Positions 37,656 to 48,115 of a stretch of 64,000 nucleotides of DNA are shown here, piece after piece. The DNA comes from a virus, in IMG/VR virus record IMGVR_UViG_3300032323_002843, positions 23,909-87,908 of that record, one strand, 5' to 3'. Each line of letters starts with the position of its first letter. The first letter of the stretch is position 1. Below the pieces are notes generated by a model, which was not told the DNA's origin, ran no database searches, and saw only the letters and a program-made list of their open reading frames with translations. The position numbers and the translations under genes were made by a program.

Positions 37656-38390
37656 TTAGAAGCCTCCGCCGTTAATATTATCTATGGCTGGCTGGTCGTT
37701 AAGTAGTTTTTGTTTAACTTCTTTAGTAATGGTATCGATATTAGCTAATACTGTAGGAGAAATATTTTCAGGAATTAAAAATCCGTATGATGTTTTTCCA
37801 CTTCTTTTTGTAAAAGATAATATTACGTTAGTTTCATCTTGTCTTCGAGATAATACTAGAAAACGAGTATATGTTTGATTTGCAATTTCGGATTTTAATG
37901 TAGCCGATAATTCAATATCTAACCCAGCATGTAATAAACCTGCTTGACTATACACATTTAATACTCTTGCTTCTACAAATGTATTATCTGAAAGATATAT
38001 TAATATAATATCAAAAGGGTTAATAACAAAATTATAGTCAACATCTCCATAATCATCATATAAACTACTACTTACAGAGCCAGATAATGGGTTTGGTACA
38101 AATAAATAATTACCTCCATGAAAACCACTTACACCAGGTGAAAATATAATTTCATTTGAATTAGAACCGGTTGCTATAGAGGCACTGCTGAAATAAGGAT
38201 ATGGTGTTGAGGCATAACCTAAAGAAGCAGCTAGTGAAGATACTTTTAAAGCACCAGTCCCTAAAGAAGCAGTAAAGCTTCCAGTAGAATTACCTTCCAT
38301 TTGAAATTTAAATATTAATTTTTCTCCTACATTTAATGGTGTAGAAGGAATATTAATATTAAACGTTGTATTTATTGTTTTTTGTGCCAT
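37656..38390 (-). CDS. Structural protein (possible C-terminal half of a split baseplate gene)
   Basis: SGS-rich beta composition; directly follows 38400-42158. Confidence 0.65.
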   Translation of the reverse strand: MAQKTINTTFNINIPSTPLNVGEKLIFKFQMEGNSTGSFTASLGTGALKVSSLAASLGYASTPYPYFSSASIATGSNSNEIIFSPGVSGFHGGNYLFVPNPLSGSVSSSLYDDYGDVDYNFVINPFDIILIYLSDNTFVEARVLNVYSQAGLLHAGLDIELSATLKSEIANQTYTRFLVLSRRQDETNVILSFTKRSGKTSYGFLIPENISPTVLANIDTITKEVKQKLLNDQPAIDNINGGGF

Positions 38391-38399
38391 TTATTATGT

Positions 38400-41300
38400 T
38401 TAATTAGCATAGTAGTCACAGTTATTATCTACAACTACTGTTAATTGTGTTCCTCCGATAGTTAATACACTACCATTAGTAGCATATTGACCGTTTATTA
38501 CTAAATATGATCCTTTAGTATAGTTAGTAGTACTAGATCCCATTGGAGTATTACCAGTTACATTTCCACTAGTTGTACCAGCAGTAATAGTTAAACTATT
38601 TCCAGTATTTATATTATCATCTTCACTAATTACATTACAAGCATTACCAGAATATCCTGTAACAAAGGCCGAACTAATAACAATATTAGTTGATGGAATT
38701 GCTTCAGATAATGTAAAGTAAAAATCTCCACTAGTATAATAAGTAAAATATAATGTTGATGATATTGGATCACCTGCTACAAAATATTGAACATCTTTTT
38801 GTAGTAATGTTTCTCCACTAGAACCACTTTTCCATACTTGTAAAGACCAAGTAGCATTGTTTATAGGACTTGTACCTACTGTATAATCAAAAGGTAAACT
38901 TATCTGAACTAAATGATCACCAGTTTCTTGGACTGAATATGTTGGGAATTGGGTTACAGATCCTGATCTAAAGTATTGTGATCCTTCAATGGTTCTATCA
39001 AAGATGTTGTAAACATAGCTTCCACTTAAAGGATAAGTATTACTACCTCCACTTCCGCTAATATAAGAGTTTGGATTTAGTGTGTTTTGAGCTGTAGCTA
39101 AATATGCATTTAAATCTACTGTGTTTAAAAATGCTAAAATATTATCTGATCCTGTAGGGCCAAAATATAAGATAGGTTCATAAGTATAACCACTATCAAA
39201 TATTGATTTTTCACCATCAGTAATTTTTTGATTACTATATAGTTGATTATTAAATTGAGATATACTTCCTGTATCATTTTGGATAAAGGTATTTTGTACT
39301 TCTACCCAATGTTTATTACGAAGGTTTAATTCAGTTAAATTACCTTCAATATCAACTAAATATTTTAAAGCAACATTATTGCGTTTAGGTAAAAACCTAC
39401 TATTTACTACTTCTGAAAATAAACCTAGTTTAAGTACATTTTTATCTATAACTGCTGTTTTACCATACGAAGTATCTCCATCAGTATATGTGTTATATTT
39501 TGCACTGCTTAATTTAACACCATCATATCTTGATAATTGATGTGTTTTTAAAGTTTCATATGAATCCTGTAATTGAACAGGAGTTAAAATAAAATTTTGA
39601 GTACCAAAGATAGGTTCTGCTAATTGTCTATTTCTAGAAATTAAACTACTAGAAACATTATTTAACATTACGTTATAATCAGTATGATTAAAAACGTAAA
39701 TTTGTCCTGGTGTTAATGTACTTGATGTTGGGAGCAAATAGGGATTGAAAGTTCCACTTTCAAAATATTTGTAAGTATTTATATAACTTCCGGTAAATAC
39801 ACCATTATAATAAGCTGCTTTACTACCAGTTAATCCATAATAAATGTCTGTATATTCAGTTCCGATAGTTGGTCCTGCTATACTGCCTGTCTGTACTTCA
39901 ATTTCTGATGTAGCTGAAGGATTAGCATAAGACCATTTATTTCTTTCAAGTATAGGTGAACTAATAGTTACACCAGTTGATAAACTTGTTCTTGCAGGAA
40001 TAAAATCCTGTAGCATTTTGAACAATGAATTATCAAAAAATTGTATTAAACGAATAAAGCTATTATAATCAGTTGCAGCAATTGAACCACTTGATACTGA
40101 AGATGTATATGGAAGTTGAGATGCAGATAGTGGAGATAAGTAAGTTATTCTAGCTGTCTCTAAGGCGCTATAAGAACTACTATACTGATAACCAGGATCA
40201 CCAATAATGTCATCTATTGTCCAAGATGAACTTACAGCAACTATTGAAGCTGATGTGTATATATCAATTTTGTCTTGTGGAGAAAATGATATATCAACAT
40301 AATTTAGATCGTTTGTTCTAAATTGAGATGATGCTGTTGGATATTGAACTACACTAATATAAGGTGATAAAACACTTCCTGTTACTATGCTACCAGATAC
40401 AACTCTAACTTTATCATTATTAAATTCATCTAATGTGTTTGACTTTAAGTCACCACCATATTCTTTAATAGGTAATGTACTTCCAGTAACACCAAAAACA
40501 GATACTAATGTTTGTAAACCATAAGCTGTACCTTTTGTTTTTAATAATAAAGGTAAATTATGATAAATACGTTTATATGATTCAGCAAGTAAATCTTTAC
40601 GAGGAATAGTGTTTAAATAAGATCCAGTAGAGGTAAATGCCTGAGTATCGTTTCCTGTATAGTAAGCACTACCACTATTTCCTATTAGATAATCTACATT
40701 ATCAACATCTCCATATTGGTTATATAATTTAGTACCTAATGATTCAAGCACATGGTATACTAAGTCTTTAGATATACCTTTTTCTAGGTTATTATTTGCT
40801 AAATTAATATCTGTAATAGCACTTAGGTAAATCCAAATATTATCAAAATAATGACCAACCATATTTAAAAAAGTCAAATAAGGAGTATTATTAGGATCAT
40901 CCTTAATAAAGGAAGGTATTGTATAAACTAAATTATTTTGATTTTCATTATCATAGGTATCAGCACTTGATGTAGCAGCATTATACCAGTTAGTAGCAGA
41001 TGCTGTAGTTGCATTTATGTAGGGTAAGCTATTATTTGTTTTAGGCCAAGAAGTTGAACCAGATTCAAAATATAAATAATATTCATATCCATCAAATCCC
41101 GCTATAATAATATCTATGCTTGATGTTGCATTATTAATAAAGCTTGAGGATAAACTAGAGGAAAAAGCATTTGAAGAATAATAAGTAATATCATTATTGT
41201 AATCTTCAATATCTTTTATTTTAGAATAAAAGTTTTTTAAACGTTGTTCAGCTGAGCTAAAAAATATAAAATTATTAAGATCAGAATAGTCTACATTTAT

Positions 41301-42158
41301 ATCTATGCTTTGTGAAACCATTATGCTTAAAAGCTGTTGGTAAGACGCTGTGGATATATTTTGTACACTGTTTATTAAACTGCTATATGTTTGATAAGAT
41401 GTAGCTACATTATTCTGATTGGGAATATCAATAGCAAAATTAGGACCTTTAAGTTGAGGGCCAGGAGCAGAAATAATTAACTTATCTAAATTAATATCAA
41501 AAATATATGGATTTACTTTTTCTTGTACAATCCATAATGTATTTTTTTCTTGTATATTAACTGAAAGAGGTTGATACAATTTTAGTAGTATCTCGTATCC
41601 TGATTCAATCTTATTTAGGGCAACGTTTACAACAGTTGCTTGAATATTATTACCAAAATCAGCTATATAATCAATAAAATAAGCTGAGCTAGAATATTCA
41701 TTTATAAGAGATAATGAACCACTTTCAATTTGTTCATTTGTTAATACTGTAGATCCTACTCTTAATTCTGTTCTATCAGCGGATATTTCCTTTATAAATA
41801 ATCCTGATTGTTGAGGATTAGATACTCTATTATTAAAGAAATTATATTGTACTTTAAATTCACCAGATGAATAACCTAAATTTTGAAGATCTTTTATTGG
41901 ATCAATTTCAATTATAGGTAAAGATCCACTTGATGGATCTACATATGAAGTATTAGGTAGTTTAAAATCTCTATAATTATAATTTATATTTAAAAGATTA
42001 CCACCAGCATCATATGTAAAATACTCAATATAGTCATTTTGTTGACCAAAATCTTCTTTAATCAATAAAGGGGATAGAAGATTAAGATCATCAGCATCGT
42101 AACGAGTTACAAGCTGTGTATCTAATATATTACCTACTATTTTAATATTATCTGCCAT
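38400..42158 (-). CDS. Large baseplate/tail structural protein
   Basis: 1252 aa; IKEISADRTELR, FSSAEQRLKNF, MVGHYFDNIW, HNLPLLLKTKGT, IKEYGG, FIPART...ILERNK. Confidence 0.8.
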   Translation of the reverse strand: MADNIKIVGNILDTQLVTRYDADDLNLLSPLLIKEDFGQQNDYIEYFTYDAGGNLLNINYNYRDFKLPNTSYVDPSSGSLPIIEIDPIKDLQNLGYSSGEFKVQYNFFNNRVSNPQQSGLFIKEISADRTELRVGSTVLTNEQIESGSLSLINEYSSSAYFIDYIADFGNNIQATVVNVALNKIESGYEILLKLYQPLSVNIQEKNTLWIVQEKVNPYIFDINLDKLIISAPGPQLKGPNFAIDIPNQNNVATSYQTYSSLINSVQNISTASYQQLLSIMVSQSIDINVDYSDLNNFIFFSSAEQRLKNFYSKIKDIEDYNNDITYYSSNAFSSSLSSSFINNATSSIDIIIAGFDGYEYYLYFESGSTSWPKTNNSLPYINATTASATNWYNAATSSADTYDNENQNNLVYTIPSFIKDDPNNTPYLTFLNMVGHYFDNIWIYLSAITDINLANNNLEKGISKDLVYHVLESLGTKLYNQYGDVDNVDYLIGNSGSAYYTGNDTQAFTSTGSYLNTIPRKDLLAESYKRIYHNLPLLLKTKGTAYGLQTLVSVFGVTGSTLPIKEYGGDLKSNTLDEFNNDKVRVVSGSIVTGSVLSPYISVVQYPTASSQFRTNDLNYVDISFSPQDKIDIYTSASIVAVSSSWTIDDIIGDPGYQYSSSYSALETARITYLSPLSASQLPYTSSVSSGSIAATDYNSFIRLIQFFDNSLFKMLQDFIPARTSLSTGVTISSPILERNKWSYANPSATSEIEVQTGSIAGPTIGTEYTDIYYGLTGSKAAYYNGVFTGSYINTYKYFESGTFNPYLLPTSSTLTPGQIYVFNHTDYNVMLNNVSSSLISRNRQLAEPIFGTQNFILTPVQLQDSYETLKTHQLSRYDGVKLSSAKYNTYTDGDTSYGKTAVIDKNVLKLGLFSEVVNSRFLPKRNNVALKYLVDIEGNLTELNLRNKHWVEVQNTFIQNDTGSISQFNNQLYSNQKITDGEKSIFDSGYTYEPILYFGPTGSDNILAFLNTVDLNAYLATAQNTLNPNSYISGSGGSNTYPLSGSYVYNIFDRTIEGSQYFRSGSVTQFPTYSVQETGDHLVQISLPFDYTVGTSPINNATWSLQVWKSGSSGETLLQKDVQYFVAGDPISSTLYFTYYTSGDFYFTLSEAIPSTNIVISSAFVTGYSGNACNVISEDDNINTGNSLTITAGTTSGNVTGNTPMGSSTTNYTKGSYLVINGQYATNGSVLTIGGTQLTVVVDNNCDYYAN

Positions 42159-42502
42159 TATGCATTAGTTGTTCCTGTCAATTCGTTTATTGTTGTTTGG
42201 GAATCAAGCAATTGTTGTCTTAAAGATGTAATTTCATCTAATAAAGCTTGAACATCATCTTGACTAATACTTACCCCTAAATAATCAGCTTCACGTTGTA
42301 AAATATACTGATGTGAATTTGATTCTCCTTCTGTAGGAATTTGAAAAAATACTTGATCATATATTTCAAAAAAATCATCAACTGAAAAGGAAAGTTGTTC
42401 CTCTCCAGCAGTTGAATCTACCAATTGATTAAATTGAGTATTAACAACCTTACTAAAAGCATCTTTATCAAATACTACTTTTTGTACAGGGATTTGAGAC
42501 AT
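42158..42502 (-). CDS. Small structural-module protein
   Basis: Coupled ORF; IP.EGE.NSH motif and C-terminal coiled coil. Confidence 0.7.
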   Translation of the reverse strand: MSQIPVQKVVFDKDAFSKVVNTQFNQLVDSTAGEEQLSFSVDDFFEIYDQVFFQIPTEGESNSHQYILQREADYLGVSISQDDVQALLDEITSLRQQLLDSQTTINELTGTTNA

Positions 42503-43596
42503 TATCTTATAACTTTAAAAATATAATTATTATCAAATACTACTACTTCACCATTAGCCATTACTGATTTTAAAAGTATTTTATAATATCTTTCTGGTTC
42601 TAGTCCATTCATATATACATTGAAATAATTACTATTTGAATCACAACTAATTTTAGTATATGATGTATCGTAATCTACGACAATTTCTTCAGTATCCAAA
42701 TCTACTATTGACCAGTATGAAGAAGAAGGTAATGCTTTTTGATTAGCAAAACTTAACGTAGTTCTGAATGTTACAGGAGGATAAATATCTCTTACAGCAA
42801 CTCTAAAACGTTGAACTGAGTCTTGTTGGTATTCACCCTTATTGTTGTTTAATGTAGGTACACAATAGCTAGAAGTAACTACTGTTAAAGATCCAGTAGT
42901 ATAGGATGAATCGTTCCATCTAATTTCTAATGATGGAGGATAAATAGTATGTGTAGTATCTGAAAAATATTTTGTTTCAAATTTAGAAGCTGTTGTGAAT
43001 TCTAAAGATGAGGAGTGTTTTAATATAAACCCATAATTAGGAATAGAACCACTATACCATGCTTTTACGGTATTTGATACTTTCATTTCTATATCTTTAT
43101 CAGATATAAAATTAAATGATTGTGTAGCTTGGTAAGCAGAAGCAGTGTACCATGTACCTCCTCCTATATTAGTACTGTATGAACCAGTAATACCAGATGC
43201 GAATGTTCCGTTTGTCCATACCCCACTTCCTGATTGTTGTGTATATTTCCAGCTTACTCCATCTGTTGTTTGTGGTAAATTTCCTAAACGTCCTGTACCT
43301 TGATTCCAATCAGCCGCTAGTGGATGGCAAAATACAGTATAATCTAAAGGAAGAGCAGAAGCATTTGCTAAAAATATTTTTAAATAAACATCAAAAGTAC
43401 TTCCTGATACTTTATTAGTAATAATATCGGTTATTTGATCTGATGGGAATTTTATAATTGGGCGAGATACCTCATCAGTACTTTCTATAGAGTCAAAAGT
43501 ACTTAATTCTAATATTTCGTCAATTCCTGTATTTAAAGCAGGATAAAATGAATAAAGAGTTGCACTCTTTTCTGGGAATATTTTGTAAATAGCCAT
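42502..43596 (-). CDS. Baseplate-associated structural protein
   Basis: NTGIDEILEL, NYGFILK, HTIYPPSLEIRW, GLEPERYY; late motif at 43615-43622. Confidence 0.75.
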   Translation of the reverse strand: MAIYKIFPEKSATLYSFYPALNTGIDEILELSTFDSIESTDEVSRPIIKFPSDQITDIITNKVSGSTFDVYLKIFLANASALPLDYTVFCHPLAADWNQGTGRLGNLPQTTDGVSWKYTQQSGSGVWTNGTFASGITGSYSTNIGGGTWYTASAYQATQSFNFISDKDIEMKVSNTVKAWYSGSIPNYGFILKHSSSLEFTTASKFETKYFSDTTHTIYPPSLEIRWNDSSYTTGSLTVVTSSYCVPTLNNNKGEYQQDSVQRFRVAVRDIYPPVTFRTTLSFANQKALPSSSYWSIVDLDTEEIVVDYDTSYTKISCDSNSNYFNVYMNGLEPERYYKILLKSVMANGEVVVFDNNYIFKVIR

Positions 43597-43640
43597 AATT
43601 AGTAATTACTACGTATAAATATAGTAACTACTAAATTGTT

Positions 43641-44240
43641 TTACGCCAATAAATGGTAATACTCTTTAAAGTGCTTAATACGATCAGCTAAACCAATAGT
43701 ACCACCGTTAACACGCTTAGTGATTTGTGTAACAACTGCGTCAGTTGCACCACCATCAGCTAATTTATGTAAACCATTTTTATGGAAGAACCATGCTGCT
43801 GATAATAGAGCATATTTACCTGCCACAACTGTTGGGTCTACTGTTAAATCTTCGTTGATTGATTTACCAAACGCAGTGTAGTTATCTTTACCAGTTAATT
43901 GGATATAACCACGACCACAATACTTAGCACCATCACCAGACGCTTCAGGACCGTTACCCATTCTATTACCATAAACTTTGTTAGCAATTTTTTCTGGTTT
44001 ACGTTCGTATTGTTTAGCTAATGTTTCAGTTGGGAAATACTTTTTAAATATACTCATTAAACCTTTAGCACTATAATTTAAATTTTCTTTTGTTAAACGG
44101 AACCCACCAGATTCGTGACCGCATTGAGCTAAGAAATGAGCTAAACGTAATGGAGTATTGATTTGGAATTTTTCCATTACAGCTGGGATTTGAGATATTA
44201 CAGCTTCAGGAATATGTCCTTTTAATTTTTCTAAATTCAT
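43641..44240 (-). CDS. Glycoside hydrolase family 19 endolysin
   Basis: LAHFLAQCGHESGGF, ENLNYS, GRGYIQLTGKDNY, ITKRVNGG. Confidence 0.93.
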   Translation of the reverse strand: MNLEKLKGHIPEAVISQIPAVMEKFQINTPLRLAHFLAQCGHESGGFRLTKENLNYSAKGLMSIFKKYFPTETLAKQYERKPEKIANKVYGNRMGNGPEASGDGAKYCGRGYIQLTGKDNYTAFGKSINEDLTVDPTVVAGKYALLSAAWFFHKNGLHKLADGGATDAVVTQITKRVNGGTIGLADRIKHFKEYYHLLA

Positions 44241-44262
44241 ACTTTATGGTTTATTATAAATA

Positions 44263-46098
44263 TTATTGAACAACTACTCTACCTTGTATATCTGTGTTAG
44301 GATATCTAACTTCAAACACTGCTGGGTCCATTGATGGGTATACATTGCCATTTCTAGTAGCTCCTGCTATATCATACCCATATTGTGAATATGTTGTTCC
44401 TGTAGAGTCTTGCTTATTTACTATTTCAAGTTTAACTACAGATTGTACTCCTCTTATTTGTAATAATTTAGAAACTATATCTGATAAGATAATTGGTTGA
44501 TTGATTTGCCAGTTGTCTATATTGAAATGATCTTTTACTACGTTTATACAATTTGTTAAAACGTCTTTATTACTATATCCACTTAATACAATAATATCAA
44601 AATTAACACCAATGTTAATATAATAAGCATCTTTAATATTAATAGCATCTGTAACCATTCTATACTGATTTATATAGGTTACTAAATTGTTTTTTAGAGT
44701 AGCAGATGCTTGTGTTAATTGTTTACTACTATTATACGATAAAATATATAAATCTAAAGCTAAAGGATTATTTTGAGGAATTACCGCTACTGTTTGAGAT
44801 GGGTTTTTATATAAATCTTGTGATATATATGCTTTAGCTATAGTACCATAGTCAGAAGGCATTGACATTGCTCTTACAATATAATCTTCTTTAGTTACAG
44901 CTCTTAATTGAGTTGAATAAGCATATAATGCATTTTGACGAATTTCTTCTGTTGTATCTCCATTTCTACCACCAGATGATGGAATTGGATTAGACGAAGC
45001 AACACTAGCTAATACTGAACTAGATAGAGGTCCAGTAGCGTTTTTAAAATAAGCAGTTGAACTGTCTATAACTGTTAAATCATTAGCAGGTACATTTGAT
45101 GTAATACCACCACCAACTAAATATTTTACTGTCAGTGATCCTGAAGGAACTAATCCATATTCTTGGGTAAAGAATATAGAAGCTTCATTGTAATTGCTTG
45201 TTAAATCTGAAATACCAGGTACAGCTCCTGCTTGTATATTTGATGGAGTTGGGATAATTTGGCTATCTGTTTTATCTATTGGTCTTACACCAGCACCAAA
45301 TTCTAATTGTAGTGTATTATCAGATAAGATTCTAGAAACATAACGTCTAGGAACCCTTTGAAGTTGTAATAAATAAGGCACACCATCACTTCCTGATGTA
45401 GAATTATTTCCTTTTTGGAAGATAGATGATTGAGCTAAATAAGGTACTTCATACCAAAAATTACCATCACTAGAAGTAACATTCAATACTTGTAAAATAT
45501 TAGTATCTATAATATTAGAAGTAGCAAACTTTTGATTAGCACCTACATTAATTGTAGTTTCTTTTATTTCTGCTGATATAGCAGGTACTGATTTTTTAAA
45601 TAAATAGTTATTAGAATCTACAAAAGTAATTTCAGTACTACCAGTATCCGTAAAATCTATCTGTTGTGTTGTTAAAAATTTAGTACCTGTTGAAATTGAT
45701 GTAAGAGTTGTATTAGAAGGAATAATTAAGCCATATTTTTGATAATCAGGATATGTTATACTACCACTAATAACAGAAGGAACTAATTGAAATATATCAA
45801 CTATAGTGTTTGATGCATAAGATGCTTTAGGACGATAACCCATTACATATGCTTGAGCATATAAATTTTCTTTTTCCTTAGCGTATAATAAGAAATTTTC
45901 TTGTACTTGAGTATCTAAATAAAATGACGTAACGTCACCTACATAAGAAGCCATTTCGATAAATAAATTACCTGGTGTTGCTTCTGAAAAATCATTGTAT
46001 GTAGATGGAAAGTATGTTTTGGCATACTGTTGAAGGGATGATTTAAAATCACCAAAGGTTTTATTTAAATACGATATATTTTTATCCTCGTTAGCCAT
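44263..46098 (-). CDS. gp6: Baseplate wedge protein (T4 gp6-like)
   Basis: YFP.TYNDFSE..PG..FIEMASYVGD, LEFGAG, Q.RAVTKEDY. Confidence 0.88.
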   Translation of the reverse strand: MANEDKNISYLNKTFGDFKSSLQQYAKTYFPSTYNDFSEATPGNLFIEMASYVGDVTSFYLDTQVQENFLLYAKEKENLYAQAYVMGYRPKASYASNTIVDIFQLVPSVISGSITYPDYQKYGLIIPSNTTLTSISTGTKFLTTQQIDFTDTGSTEITFVDSNNYLFKKSVPAISAEIKETTINVGANQKFATSNIIDTNILQVLNVTSSDGNFWYEVPYLAQSSIFQKGNNSTSGSDGVPYLLQLQRVPRRYVSRILSDNTLQLEFGAGVRPIDKTDSQIIPTPSNIQAGAVPGISDLTSNYNEASIFFTQEYGLVPSGSLTVKYLVGGGITSNVPANDLTVIDSSTAYFKNATGPLSSSVLASVASSNPIPSSGGRNGDTTEEIRQNALYAYSTQLRAVTKEDYIVRAMSMPSDYGTIAKAYISQDLYKNPSQTVAVIPQNNPLALDLYILSYNSSKQLTQASATLKNNLVTYINQYRMVTDAINIKDAYYINIGVNFDIIVLSGYSNKDVLTNCINVVKDHFNIDNWQINQPIILSDIVSKLLQIRGVQSVVKLEIVNKQDSTGTTYSQYGYDIAGATRNGNVYPSMDPAVFEVRYPNTDIQGRVVVQ

Positions 46099-46100
46099 TA

Positions 46101-46511
46101 TTAATTAAATTGTACTGTTACTTGATCGGGTGTTTGTGATATATTCATTATATAATCAACAGATAAATCTATTAAATTATAATCAGGATTAGGAGTAACA
46201 GTAATATTAGTTACTGTTATTTCAGGTATAAAGATAGCAATACTATTAGCTAAATTACTAGCTAATAATTCTGAATTTGATTCTGTAATTCCTTCAAATA
46301 GAAATTTTTTCAGATTACATCCAAATTCAGGATTCATTACTCTTTCACCTATATCAGTTAATAATAAATTAACTAAATTTGACTTAGTTTGATCTTTAGT
46401 AGTGAAAGTACTATTAAATACACCAGGACCATTAAAAGGTAGCGATACCCCAATAGCAATATTCTTCTGTAAATCTAACGGATTTACACGTATCGTTTGA
46501 GGTATTGGCAT
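46101..46511 (-). CDS. gp25: Baseplate wedge subunit (gp25/GPW-like)
   Basis: NLVNLLLT..GERVMNPEFGCNL. Confidence 0.88.
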   Translation of the reverse strand: MPIPQTIRVNPLDLQKNIAIGVSLPFNGPGVFNSTFTTKDQTKSNLVNLLLTDIGERVMNPEFGCNLKKFLFEGITESNSELLASNLANSIAIFIPEITVTNITVTPNPDYNLIDLSVDYIMNISQTPDQVTVQFN

Positions 46512-46512
46512 G

Positions 46513-46836
46513 TTATCCTAAGTTTCTTAATCCTGATAAGTCCTGAGCAGTCATGTTAGCGCCTGCATCAGCAATAAAGGAAGCAAATGGGTTATCAGAA
46601 ACAGTATCAACTTTTAGGTTTTGTTGTGGTGTTTCATATCCAAACATGGATCCCATTTTACTACGCAAAGCCGTTTTAGCATCTGCACCTACTGGTATAT
46701 CACTACTAGTAAAACTAACTGTTTTGCTTTCAGTTAATTCTTGTTTCTTTTGTTCTAATAATAAAACACCGATTTCTTCACGAACTGCTTCGCGAACCGC
46801 TTCTTTAATTAAATTTTTAAATAATTTTGCGTTCAT
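46513..46836 (-). CDS. Hypothetical virion protein (start revised to MNAKLF)
   Basis: LIKEAVREAVREE leader; late motif at 46841-46848. Confidence 0.65.
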   Translation of the reverse strand: MNAKLFKNLIKEAVREAVREEIGVLLLEQKKQELTESKTVSFTSSDIPVGADAKTALRSKMGSMFGYETPQQNLKVDTVSDNPFASFIADAGANMTAQDLSGLRNLG

Positions 46837-46849
46837 AATTATAAATATT

Positions 46850-48115
46850 TTATCCTTGTAAGTTTCGTTGATCAATAACTAGTTTTAATTGCTCTACTAA
46901 GTCATTGGGATCTTGTGTAAATGAATAATCACTTTTAATTTGTTCAACGCCGTCACGATTAATAGCTACGGCATAGCGGCGTTTATTTCCTTTAACTTCA
47001 AATGATTTATTTTCTTCTACTTTGATTTTAAATTTAAATCCTTTATATGGAGGGAAATCATTAATACCAGCAGGTGTAAAGAAATCTGTTAACTCTGCAA
47101 ATTGCTTATCATCTAAATTATTTAATGTTTTTCCGTCTAATTTTAAACTAATTTCTTGTAATCTATCTTTTAATTCAATTAGTTTTGTTATTTCATTACC
47201 TAATAAATTAGAAGCAATAACCAATACAGCACTTAAAGCCGCTATTAATGTTATAGCAGATTGTAATTTTGGTTGAAGATTAATTTTAATTGGAATTAAA
47301 AATGGAAAAGGTAAAAGAAGTATCTTTTGAATTAATAAAATGATAGCAGTTATTGTAGCTATATTTTTAACTATTTGTTCAACACTCTTTTTTAAAGCTT
47401 CTAATTTTTTAGTATTATTATCAATTAATCTAACAGCGTTATTTCTTAGATTAGTAGCTATAACAACAGTCTGTTGGTCTTTAACTTGTGTATCTATATA
47501 ACTATTTACTTGATCTACTAAATCTTCTAACTTTTTTCTTTGAGTAATAATCTTAAAAAGTTGATTAGTAAGCTGAAGTGCAATAACAGGGGCTAATGTT
47601 TTAGCTGTGTTTAAAGCTATTTGTTTAGCTAAATCTCTACTAGATTTAGTTTCTTCGTTTTGAGTTTTTTTCTTTAGGTTTTTAAGACTAAGTTTAAATC
47701 CTTTTTGTCTTTGTTTTATTATGTTATAAGGATTATTTTCAATAAGAGTTTTATCTAATCCTAATTTTGCTCTTTTTAAATTAATAGATGCAATTTCTTT
47801 TTCATAAGCAATTTGAGATATTTTTTGGATATCTTTATATTCCTTTTGAGTTATTTGGTTTGTATTATAATCCTTTTGAGCTTTTTCAATTGTAGCTTTT
47901 TGAGTTTCACCTGCTTTTTGTTCTTGTAAATCTAAAGCTTGTAACTCATTATTTATTTGATTGGTTTTGGTTTGGTTTCCTACAACTAAAGTTTCTTTAT
48001 TTTTGTTAACTAGTTGAGCACCAAAAGTTTTAATGGCAGTAGCAGCTGATATTGTTTTTAATATATCAGGGGATATAACAGGAGCTACATTTAATTTATT
48101 TTTATCGTTTGCCAT
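46850..48115 (-). CDS. Coiled-coil protein with a hydrophobic hairpin
   Basis: 421-aa ORF coupled to the baseplate genes. Confidence 0.65.
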   Translation of the reverse strand: MANDKNKLNVAPVISPDILKTISAATAIKTFGAQLVNKNKETLVVGNQTKTNQINNELQALDLQEQKAGETQKATIEKAQKDYNTNQITQKEYKDIQKISQIAYEKEIASINLKRAKLGLDKTLIENNPYNIIKQRQKGFKLSLKNLKKKTQNEETKSSRDLAKQIALNTAKTLAPVIALQLTNQLFKIITQRKKLEDLVDQVNSYIDTQVKDQQTVVIATNLRNNAVRLIDNNTKKLEALKKSVEQIVKNIATITAIILLIQKILLLPFPFLIPIKINLQPKLQSAITLIAALSAVLVIASNLLGNEITKLIELKDRLQEISLKLDGKTLNNLDDKQFAELTDFFTPAGINDFPPYKGFKFKIKVEENKSFEVKGNKRRYAVAINRDGVEQIKSDYSFTQDPNDLVEQLKLVIDQRNLQG

